Below, piece by piece: positions 11,928 to 37,069 of a stretch of 64,000 nt of DNA. The notes beneath the pieces are model-generated. The model did no database searches, was not told where the DNA came from, and saw only the letters and a program-made list of their open reading frames with translations. Made by a program: the position numbers and the translations under genes. The DNA lies in assembly GCA_950097015.1 (NCBI GenBank), contig CATNEN010000002.1:5332001-5396000 (forward strand), read 5' to 3'. Numbering within the stretch: the stretch's first letter is position 1; every line of letters starts with the position of its first letter. Source of the DNA: Macrostomum hystrix (lineage: Eukaryota; Animalia; Platyhelminthes).

Positions 11928-12215
11928 GTGGCGGTGGTGAGTGGCTGAGCGGTTTAACGCGTTTATTTGGGGCGCAGCCGCGGAGAGAAGGCTTGGGGGC
12001 TTGTCGAGCCAACCTGAGGGCCAACCTCCAAGGCACAGTGAAATGTACACTGCCAGACGATGATAAAGTCAGGGCAGTTGTACACACCTGTGTACGTACG
12101 TGTGTGCTCAGGACTCAGCGGAATGGGCGGAATTGCCTCCTCGCTGGCTGCGGGTCGACTGTCACCAAATGATGTATCACTGCCCGCAGCCCTCCTGCAA
12201 TTATTATTATTATCA
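11928..12215 (+). mobile_element. tRNA-derived SINE, family B
   Basis: GTGGCTGAGCGGTT A-box-like start; body GGGGCGCAGCCG.GGAGAGAAGGCTTGGGGG...AAGGCAC...TGTACACTGCC.GAC...GTCAGGGCAG..TGTACAC...GTCACCAAATGATGT shared with 37.5 kb (+) and 39.9 kb (-). Confidence 0.75.
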
Positions 12216-12789
12216 GTAGCCTCAGAAAGTCTCAATCTCAAAGATAAGTCACAAATAAGCCAGTAAGGATTCGCCGAATTTTAGTGGCCTAGGACAGACA
12301 GTAAGAATAGTCAATTTGTAAATCGACCATCTCAAACCAGTCTCAAGTCGCAGCTCATTGGAACATAAAGAGAAACGCGAATGTTAATATATAATTATTT
12401 AAATGAACCGGTGCTAAAAGAGATGACAAATTTGACAAACGGCCAATCAAGGCTAAACATGAAACAGGTACAGAAATGCTTCTCACAAAACAGCTAAGTT
12501 ACAGTAGTAATAGACATGACACTGCAATCATTTTCAGCCTTTTTTGTTAATAAGGGATTCCGGATTAAGGACAGATCATTAAATTTATAGTTTACATTCT
12601 CGCAGTTTCAAAAAACTTTTTTGAGCTCCACTTGCTCGCAAAATTTTTGGGACTTTGTGATAATATATTACACTGATGAATCCCTGCTTGAGGGATTTCT
12701 ACAGATTGAAGAATCCCGATAAGAGCTTGCTAAATCTCTACAAAGCTTGACGAATCCCAATAAAAGTTAATAAGTTCCTACAGATCGAA

Positions 12790-13262
12790 TAATGTTTACA
12801 GCTTGAAGAATCCCAATGGAGTTTGAAGAATCCCAATGAAGTTTGAAGAATCCCAATGGAGCTTTGAAGAATCCCAATACAGCTTGAAGAATCCCAATAC
12901 AGCTTGAAGAATCCCAATGGAGCTTTGCAGAATCCCAATACAGTTTGAAGAATCCCAATGAAGTTTGAAGAATCCCAATGGAGCTTTGAAGAATCCCAAT
13001 ACAGCTTGAAGAATCCCAATACAGCTTGAAGAATCCCAATGGAGCTTTGCAGAATCCCAATACAGTTTGAAGAATCCCAATGGAGCTTTGCAGAATCCCA
13101 ATACAGTTTGAAGAATCCCAATGGAGTTTGAAGAATCCCAATGGAGTTTGAAGAATCCCAATGGAGATTGAAGAATCCCAATGGAGTTTGAAGAATCCCA
13201 ATGGAGTTTGCAGAATCCCAATGGAGTTTGAAGAATCCCGATGGAGATTGAAGAATCCCAAC
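12790..13262. repeat. Minisatellite, 20-bp unit GAAGAATCCCAATGGAGTTT
   Basis: Direct tandem repeats ~200 bp downstream of the mago stop codon. Confidence 0.96.
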
Positions 13263-13463
13263 AGAGCTGGCTAAATACACAAATCCCAGTGAATATTGTA
13301 TAATTCCAAATTAAAAGATCCTCAACAAATAATGTAAACAAATCCCACTGTTTATAAATCCCCAAAGCATAAAATCCCCCATTTTAAATTTCCTAAAGAG
13401 GAAAAGCAAGACTGACAAAGCAAATAGTTTTGGCGAGAATCTAGCCAGAGCGCAGTCAGAGCG

Positions 13464-13925
13464 CTAAATAGGCTTGATCTTAAAGTGCAGGCTAATGAGT
13501 GAGAAGACCAGGCACTTGAGATCCTGCACCAGGTAATAGAAGGTGCGCAGGCCATCGGGATCCTTGGTGCCAGTGATCTCAGCCAGGGAGCCAATCTTGG
13601 AGGTGGTGAAGCTGATGTGCTCGCTGTTGAAGACAATCTCCAGTTCCTGACGGCCTACCCGGTCTGGCATTGGCCACTGTTGGTCATCCTCCTGCATGAT
13701 CTCGCTCTCGGTGATGATTCGCTGCAGCTCGGCGATGACCGCGGGGGACACGCAGGCCTCCTTGCGGATCATGGTGTCATTCTTGTAGTTGGAATTGTTG
13801 GCGTAGCGCAGCCTGCCGTCCGGCCTGAACTCGAATTCCAGGAACTCGTGCCCGAATATGCCCCGATGCCCGATGTAGTAGCGCAGGTAAAATGCGTCCT
13901 TCAATGCGGCGGCGTTGGAGGCCAT
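13464..13925 (-). CDS. mago: Mago nashi, exon junction complex core protein, 153 aa, intronless CDS
   Basis: [39 protein letters not shown]...[10 protein letters not shown]...[12 protein letters not shown]...[24 protein letters not shown] matches the MAGOH family end to end. Confidence 0.98.
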   Translation of the reverse strand: MASNAAALKDAFYLRYYIGHRGIFGHEFLEFEFRPDGRLRYANNSNYKNDTMIRKEACVSPAVIAELQRIITESEIMQEDDQQWPMPDRVGRQELEIVFNSEHISFTTSKIGSLAEITGTKDPDGLRTFYYLVQDLKCLVFSLISLHFKIKPI

Positions 13926-14099
13926 GTCTCACGTGATTGGCTGGCAGGCTTGTTGAGCTTGGGGCTTAGTGACCGCTCAGCGAGAACTGAAGAGGATAAA
14001 AAATTGGCAAAGTGTCTGTGAGCGCGTCACCAATTTGGCTTTTTAATTTTTTTATAGGCGAAAGAATGAAAGAACTAACGGACGGGCTAACGGAGGATG

Positions 14100-14455
14100 G
14101 GGAAAGTGAGAAGGGGAAGAAGGAGAAAGAGGGAAGAAGGGGAAGAGGGGAAGAATGGTAGAAGGGGAAGATGGGAGGAATGGTAGAATGGTAGAAGGGG
14201 AGGAAGGGAAAACGGAAGGAGGAAAGATGGGAAGAGGGAAGAAGGGTAGAATGAGAGAAGGGGAAGGAGGGAATGAGGGAAGAAAAGAAGGGAGCGAGGG
14301 AAGAGGGGAGCGAGGGAAGAAAAGGGAGAAGGGAAGAAAAGGGAGAAGGGAAGAAAAGGGAGAAGGGAAGAAAAGGGAGAAGGGAAGAATGAGAGATGGG
14401 GAAGAAGGGAAAAAGGGGGAAGAATGGGGAAGGGGAAGAAGGGGAGAATGGGAGC
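14100..14455. repeat. Purine-rich low-complexity repeat (GAAGGG/GGGAAGA)
   Basis: Almost pure A/G on + strand; pyrimidine-rich on the mago sense strand, upstream of the mago 5' acceptor. Confidence 0.9.
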
Positions 14456-15074
14456 ACTATATTAACACATACGAAAAACACTTGCATGTTGTCTACTCGT
14501 ATAGTAAACAACATGAGAAATAAGTAAAAAAGTTTTAATCCACTGGCTATAGTCAAAACAGAGAAGCATGCTTTCCTTTATAAATTTCGAATAGGGTTTA
14601 TTAGTTGTCAGACACTGCAAGGTAGTTGCATTATAAATAGCTGCATAGAGACACAATTCAGAAACTGGAGGACAAGACATTGAAAATTTTATGTATAAAA
14701 AACGTTTAATCAGGCTACCCAATTGAAATCCTTTAAACTAACTGGCTTTAAAGATTAACGATTTAAGCAGCAATCGTTACTTCACTAAGAAACTACTATG
14801 CGTTGAAGCAATAAAAATGATATATTCTGTACAGCGAAGGTAGATAAAATGATGAGCTTTTCTAATTAAAAGAAACATTCAGCTAAAACAGGAAGCTGAT
14901 TGGTTGATAACTGACTATAACAAAAATCACGATAAAATAGGAAAGCGACTCAGATAAACAAACAGATCGATTAGTCGATTGCCAAAGCGAGTGAAAAAAT
15001 CTAGCGAAGCGCTACTCGTAATTAAGCTCGTTAAAATATTCGGTCGGCACTGCATGCCAAATTACTGGAGGAGG

Positions 15075-15580
15075 GGTAGGGGTCGGAGTGTACATTCACT
15101 GGCGTGAGGTGGGATTGGGGGAGGGTTGGAGTGTACATTCACTAGCGTGAGGTGGGACTGGGGGAGGGGCTGAGTGTACATTCACTAGCGTGAGGTGGGA
15201 CTGGGGGAGGGGTCGGAGTGTACATTCCTGGCGTGAGGTGGGGTCTGGGGTAAGGGTCGGAGTGTACATTCTTGGCGTGAGGTGGGACTGGGGGAGGGGT
15301 AGTAGTGTACATTCCTGGCGTGAGGTGGGGTCTGGGGGAAGGGTCGGAGTGTACATTCCTGGCGTGAGGTGGGGTCTGGGGGAAGGGTCGGAGTGTACAT
15401 TCACTGGCGTGAGGGGGCTGGGGGAGGGGTCGGAGTGTACATTCCTGGCGTGAGGTGGGGTCTGGGGGAAGGGTCGGAGTGTACATTCACTGGCGTGAGG
15501 GGGCTGGGGGAGGGGTCGGAGTGTACATTCCTGGCGTGAGGTGGGGTCTGGGGGAAAGGTCGGGTCGGAGTGTACATTTA
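15075..15580. repeat. G-rich minisatellite, ~41-44-bp unit GGGGTCGGAGTGTACATTCCTGGCGTGAGGTGGGACTGGGGGA
   Basis: About 12 tandem units between the CACHD1-like stop and mago. Confidence 0.95.
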
Positions 15581-16007
15581 TGAAATAGCACTGGGGTTTG
15601 TTAGCTAATGCAATCACTTCTGTTTCAACAAAGAGTTAAATTCGATTAAAAAGGTGAAAAATAGTCGAGAAAATACACATTATCATGGCAGTTGCAGAGG
15701 TTAGCGCAAAGCAGAGTTTGTACTATTACTTTACAAAATTTACCTTCTATATATGAGAGAAAAAGTTCTGTGGAGTAAAAGAAATGAATGGGTGACATGC
15801 ATAAAAATGGTAAAAATATAGCAAACAGACAAAACAAGCTAAATAACAGATATAAAAGTACAAAAACTACTTTGCCCTGCGGCAAACAACAAGAATAGTC
15901 GATTCTGCCGAGCTGAAAAATGGCTACCAAAAAGACAGTCAAAATATTTTACATTTTGAGTTCTGGTCCACAGCAGTTAAATGACTTTGTTGGCGAATTA
16001 TCAGAGC

Positions 16008-30519
<14,512 letters not shown>

Positions 30520-30671
30520 CCTAAATTTAGGCCTGCAAGATAACCAAAAACTATAATTTATTGAACTGCATCTGGAAATCTAGCTCACCATTTGTTTTGA
30601 TTTTCCTATCTCTTATAAAAATTTGAGATTTCTTCTGTGTTATCTATTGTAATTAATAACTAATTTATAGA

Positions 30672-30941
30672 CTGCACCTGCCCCAATTGGGCCAGATGTG
30701 CAGTGGACAGCACTGCAGCAGCTATTATGTGGCACATCTGAAGTCTGCAACTGGCTGTTCAGCCCATGGACTGGGGGGATGCCACACCCACCCTCAATTA
30801 CCGCGGCTGATACTGGTACCCATTTAACAGCTGGTTGAGTTAAGTGTCTCACTAAAGGACACAAAATGTTCCAGTGGAGTTGGGAATTGAACCCCCAACC
30901 TTCAAGTTGGGAATCCTATGCTCTAACCACATGGCTACAAC
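30672..30941 (-). mobile_element. SINE family A copy
   Basis: Body and tRNA head (rc GTTGTAGCCATGTGGTTAGAGC...GGTTCAATTCCC) match the other copies. Confidence 0.83.
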
Positions 30942-32827
30942 CTCAGCCTAAAATTCCTAAAACTAGAGTAATGGGCACCCAATGGGCATCCAAGTAATTG
31001 ATAGTTTTTTATAATTTATTTTCTCTCCTCTAAATTGTACATGTTAACTTAATATCTCCTAGTCTCAACTATCCACTAAACCATTTCTTAAATGCTACAT
31101 CTCTCCACTGTAACATTTTCTTAATGTTACACCTCTTAACAGGCATATTTTTTATTTTAGAAATAATTTAAAACATATTATCTATAACTATATCATAGAA
31201 ATCACATTTTAAAAGCTACATAAAAGCATTCTTTAGTCAATAAAATATATTCAAAATTTTTTGATAGTATTATTTTGGTTATAAAACACAATTTTACAAT
31301 AATAAAATGACTTTAAAACTAATAAAAAGACTAAGACTCTAGCCAATGACAAATATATTTAAATCAAAGCAATGCATAGCAATTCTGCATAATGTGATAA
31401 GAAAACATTTCTAAAAATAGGGGGAACAGAAAACTAATAAAAATACTGTAGACATTAAAATACAAAAGTACATATTGAAAACAAAGGCAAGGATCCCTAA
31501 TGGAGTGAATTTAAAAAAGCTGCGGACACTCTTGCTAGGCATGCAGGTGCGCAGTTTCTTTCAAGAAAAAGAGCACAAATGCACAATTTCTATATATCTT
31601 CAGTCTGACTCAATGTAGTGATTGATTTCATGAAAAAATGTTGAAAGACCTTTTTTGATCTCCATAGTGTATTTCTAAAAATAGAACAGCTACATGGTGA
31701 TTTCGCAAAATATGATCCATATACCAAATGACCTTCTTTTTGACCTCCATAGTGTATTTTTATAATTACAACAGCTAAGGCTATGTCTTTTTGCACTTGG
31801 GCACTGTGGAGCATGTAGTCATGTTTGCAAATAAATGTGTGCCCCTCCATCAAAAAAATTCTGTAACTGTGCATGGCTATAATCACACCTACATGTACAT
31901 GTGAGTTTATTTTAATATGTAAATGTATACCTAAGCAAACAATAGCATGCATGTACAGCACAGGTGCACACTGCTATACCATGTGCACCTACATGTACAT
32001 CTAAATGTATTTTATAATGTGTCATAATGTACATATATTGAAACGCACAAGGTGCGAGTACAGAGGCACTGGCATTCACTGAACTTAGTTTTAATTGATT
32101 TTTCTCTTAAAATTTATTTTTAGAGAAGCTTATGATGATATCTCATGTTTCTGATTTTCTTGAAAATTCTGACAATTAACTCTAATCCATTTTCATTTTT
32201 TGTTAAGCATGACTCTAAACATAAAATGTGTACCATTTCCAACATTTGTATTGTTTCAGTGGGTGAATAGATGTATATGTTTATCTAGCAATCTATATGA
32301 CCTAGATGTCACTAGTCCAAAAGGGACCTAGCACTTAGTAGACCTTATGACTAACACATAGTGATTAGTGGTATGCTACTATTCTGATTAGTGTTAGCTA
32401 GCAATTTTTCAAAAAATAAATCAAAATTTTATTATCATTGGCTGACTATTTAGTGTAGCCTAACTCTCATGCAAACTCAAATAAGCTGACTTAGACTTAG
32501 AGTTGATCTTCCTATTGCATAACAACATAATATTTTACATCATTTGTCAAAAATTTTAGCCATTTAATCTTAAAGTGAGAAATATTATAAGTAACAAAAC
32601 CAAATAAAAGCTATAAAAAGATCTTTTAGTCTTGACTTGATGTTAGATTCAGATTCGAAGCATATTTTGATACAAAACTACAATAGTTAGGCTTAGTAAC
32701 TGTAACAAATAAAGTAAACTTAACACTTATAATTTTTCGAATATTTTATGCCTGCAGAATTTTTAATAAAGTATAGGCCCAATACTGTTATTTTGACTAC
32801 AATTATTTTGACTATTTAATGACTACT

Positions 32828-33237
32828 GGCGATTGTGCAGTTTCCCGCTCTAAATTATTTTTACCCTTTTTCGAACTTTTCAAATATTAAACAAGTGTAG
32901 GCCTAACAATGCAAGTTCACAAGTTCAAAGCAAGTTCAAGTTCATGTCTGCACGTTCCCACTACACAGGGTAGTAGTACGTTATCCAGTAGAGGATATTG
33001 CCAAACTGGCATTCGGGGAAGGCTTGGTGCCACATAAACTCCTGCAGGTACGTTTCGAATAAACTGTCAAAGTTTCCATGCATTGCTCGATACTTCGCCT
33101 TGCAATTTCCCCACATTCCCTTGACGGTATTCGTGTGAGCCGCTTGGTTGTTGGGGTCCCCCAGCCATACTAGCAGTAGCTGAAAAGTTCGAAAAAAAGG
33201 GTGAAAATAATTTATAGCGGGAAACTGCGCAATCGCC
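32828..33237 (-). mobile_element. Internally deleted Merlin (IS1595/ISXO2-like) DNA transposon
   Basis: ~55-bp TIRs starting GGCGATTG(T/C)GCAGTTTCCCGCT; 8-bp TSD TGACTACT / TGACTACC (7/8); internal minus-strand frame DPNNQAAHTNTVKGMWGNCKAKYRAMHGNFDSLFETYLQEFMWHQAF...ILYWITYYYPV* (33158-32961), typical of the Merlin transposase C-terminus. Confidence 0.88.
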
Positions 33238-34724
33238 TGACTACCTTCTCTCTTTTAGCTTTGGCTTTAGCTTTATAAGTTATTTTATATAGAAATTTGC
33301 AGACATCAATATTATTATTTGCCAACTTTCGCTTGGCATTGTGATGCTGTGAAAGAGTCTAACATTTAGCATGACTTGGATTAAAATAATTTTTGATAGG
33401 CCCTACACATTGTTATAATTCTTTCCGGATTCGTGCCTCTGGCCGTAAAAGCTTAAAATGATTAGAAACAAGAAATAAAAACAAGAATCCAGGCGATCTC
33501 GATTTATATAATTGACCTTTACATGACATTAGGTATAACGGAATAACGGGATAACGGAGTTATCCATATACCAATTTCTTGTAGTCCATAATCGTAAATT
33601 TCTAAAACAAATCAAATCAAATAAATAGGAGTTATGTTTTGTAATATTCAAGTTAAATTTTACTAATAAAAAATTAATTTGTGTTTTTTAGACTTTGAGC
33701 AATTTCCTAAAATCACCTAGTTTAGAGAAATATTATTGACCTAAATAATTGTTTTAATTTCCAAAATAGTACTGATTAAATAAAAATAAAAAAATCACAC
33801 CATGCCTCGAGCTTGAGCCCTGGACTGGTATTGTGTGTGTACTTTATAACCGTTGGACCGTTCTTCATAAGTCAGTTTATCCCTCATTCAAACATTTAGA
33901 TATTGAATTGCTGACGAGATTGGACAATAATCGATGAAGCATCTTTTTAAAAAGATTGTTATTTATTTATGACAACGAGAACGAAAAACGTCAAAAATAT
34001 AGAATTACCAAAAATATGTAATACAGTTCAGTTCAGTATTGCTTATTATAATATATTATTAATTTCGCCACCATGCCACCTCTATTTTAGATTATTTCCC
34101 GATTAACTAAAGCATGCAAAAAGTATTGCATAAAATGCTAATCAATTGGCTTTCAAACTCAATCTGTCTAGGCATGAGTGTTAAGTTTGACCTGGCTGTC
34201 CTGAGACAGGGCTGGCGAAATGGAAGTGATAGACTTTCAATTTGGCCTAATTTTTCCCCGACCACCCTAGCTCGGATTTCAACAACAATTCTTATGCATT
34301 AACATTGCTCTGCTTTTTATCATTGTCACAGCATAAATAGGCAAATAGCTAGCGATTTTGCTTTTTGTAAAATCACCATAGCCTGATGCATGCAAAATGA
34401 TGCATAAGCCTTGAATCACCATTTTGTTATTTGTACTGTTTCATATCATATCATTGTCACTTGCTGCATGTCAAAATAACCACAACTGAAGTGGCCACAA
34501 ATTTTATAATAAAATGATCACCTAAGCCTATGGAGTTTACATATTTTTCTAAATACATTTAACTTTTTTTTCTTAAAAATGGCTAGAATATTACCTGCTC
34601 TGAATAATTTAATTTTATATAAATATAAGCCTAGTTATAAAATGTAAGGCATTAAACTGTAAACAAGCATAACATTTTTTAGACACATTAGAATTTCTTT
34701 ACTTGACATTAAACATTATAAAAT

Positions 34725-35930
34725 GGAAGTGCTTATTCCCACGGTCCCATGCTGATAATTTCAAATTTATCCACACGGATCTGTGCCGATAAATTTCTGC
34801 TTCTCCACACGGCAGCTTGTATGAATAGGTCTACTTTCAAGTCCCTACCTATTCTTCTCTGAGCATAAGGCTTTTGCTTCAGAGTATAGTGTATAGTGTA
34901 TACTATCAATGCATAGTGTAAAATAATAACAATGATGTATAATTTGTGATGAGTTTGGTGCTGACTAGAATTCTGCTGGTTGACTTGTATGATTTTCTTT
35001 GATAGACTTCTTACTTTTTAAGTCAATACAATTTGAATGAAAATACGTAATGATGACAAAAGATTTAGTAAGTTGTTATTACAATAATTAGAAAGGATGA
35101 CATTAGAGGGGGCAAGTGGGTTAGCGGCTAACGTCACTGCCTCGCACTCCAAAGGACGCTTGTTCGATTCACCCTTCAAGTCACGATTAATTTTGGGACT
35201 TGTTGGAGGGTTTGGACAGTAGTGACCGACGGAGGTGCACCATTTTTCGTGCAATCAAAGCTTGAAATATTAGCTTCGCTCCTACCTTCTGTGTGCCTGT
35301 TCTGTGTTGTGTGAGTTGTGTGCGTTGGTGCTGGGGCGTGAGACCTTGCGGGGGTGGCTTGAGGGTGGGTGGACACCGCCGCGCACTTTCTGGACTTCCG
35401 TCAGCGCGACTGGATAAGTGTACACTCATCACCCAGCCCCCCTGAGGACTGATTTCTTATCAGCCTTCTGCCCCGGCTTGGTCTGCTATGTGCGTGTGGG
35501 GCTGGGGTGGGGGACACTGCTACCTATTCTGGGTGCCTCCTGTCCTCTTTGGCTGGTCTGTGCTGCTGTGTGTGGTGCCTGCTCAGGGGAGGCGGCACAA
35601 TGGGTGCAAAAGTGCCTAGTTCGCTGGTCTGGGGGCGTGCCGCTCTGTCACTTGTGCGACAAGTGCCCCGGGCCTCCCTGCAAATAGATAGATAGAAGGA
35701 TGACATTAATGTCAGTTAATGATGTATAGGTCAAAATGTAGAACACTGTCATAACACAAGTGCTGGCAACGTTGTTGATCTATTGGCTCAAGGGTTCAAC
35801 AAAACATTAAAACCCAAAAGGGCCTTGTTTCAAAGAACAGAACCGTGTGGATAAGCAGAAAATTATTGGCACAGATCCGTGTGAATAAAATTGAAATTAT
35901 CGGCACGGGACTATGGGAATAAGCTCTGCC
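34725..35930. mobile_element. Non-autonomous Mutator-like (MULE) element
   Basis: ~85-bp imperfect TIRs (GG.AG.GCTTATTCCCA..GTCCC.TGC.GATAATTTCAA.TTTAT.CACACGGATCTGTGCC...) flanked by a perfect 9-bp TSD TTATAAAAT (34716-34724, 35931-35939); no transposase recognised. Confidence 0.85.
35106..35695 (+). mobile_element. tRNA-derived SINE, family C, nested inside the MULE
   Basis: 13-bp TSD AAGGATGACATTA (35093-35105, 35696-35708); head GTGGGTTAGCGGCTAACGTCACTGCCTCGCAC...GTTCGATTC; GC-rich body; (TAGA)n-like tail. Confidence 0.75.
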
Positions 35931-37069
35931 TTATAAAATAGTATTGAAAAGCCTAGGTTCAAGTGTGATTTTTTAAAATATAAAAAGCATGACCATGCTT
36001 TAAATACATCTAAGAATTTCTATATTATGACTTTGTACTAAGCATTGGACTTGGTCAAATTTTCATTTTATGCTTATACCAAAGGTCTATCCCATTGACC
36101 AGGAATTTTGTGTCTTGCATACTTTTTTTAGAAATTTTTAGTGCCTACAAAGCCTTATTTTTCTTATTTTTCTAGCTATTTTAACATGTGACCAATTTTA
36201 CAAAAAGATGGTCTCTTTAAATAGCCATTTTGTTTTTTTTTCTGGTCACAATATGAATAGCCATTTGGGTAATGTCAGTAAGTTCCGACATTAGATTAGT
36301 TTAACCTAAATAGTAGGCAAATAAACACAAGCAATTTTATTACAGTAGTAAATCTTGTCATTGTGCTTGAGAAACTGTATTAAATATCATAGTTATAGGT
36401 CAGCTAGTATTAAAAGTTGCCAATAACTTATCTCTGGGTAGAGTCAGTACCAGAAGAACTTGTTAAGATAAGAGACTTTTAAGTTAAAATAAGATAATCT
36501 GGTGCTATGCTGCCTGAAAAATGCATAGTTGACTCAGCATCAGTGTCAATAGCACCAGATTATGGTGAGTACTCTACACTGAGAAAAGTTTTGGCAATTT
36601 TCTGTACTGACTAACCTATCACTATGCTGTTTAATACTTGTTCTGAACTTTTATGACCTACTTTACTGTTTTAAAAAACTTGATTTTATATGGTTGCTTA
36701 TATGGTCAATAAAATATAACTCAGGAAACTAGGACATCGCGAAATTTTGTTATTTGCATGATCAGCCCATGAAAAAATATAAGTAATAAAAGAAGCCAGT
36801 TTTAAATAAATTACTTATTTTTTCAAAATTGCGATGACATACTGTCCATGCCACTTTAGGATTGCCATGGTGCACTGTCTGCAGTAGACAGGCCCATTGC
36901 ATGTGCTCTGCATGAGAAAGTATCACACCTTTAAGACCATGGAAGTGTGATTATAAGCCTAGATATTGTTTAAAAAATAACTTCTTGTCTTATTCTATGC
37001 TTAAAGTAAGAAAGTCTTGCTCTTGGTTTGTTTTTTTGCAGCTTTTAAAGCCTCCTCAAAGCAGACTCA

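Noticed and set aside
13617-14556. ORFs antisense to mago and across the purine-rich tract
   Set aside because: Antisense shadow and low-complexity translation; no domain.
35500-35690. Cys-rich peptide (CVWC...PLCHLCDKC) resembling a piggyBac or MULE zinc finger
   Set aside because: Needs a frameshift to assemble, lies inside the TSD-bounded SINE, and no catalytic domain is nearby.
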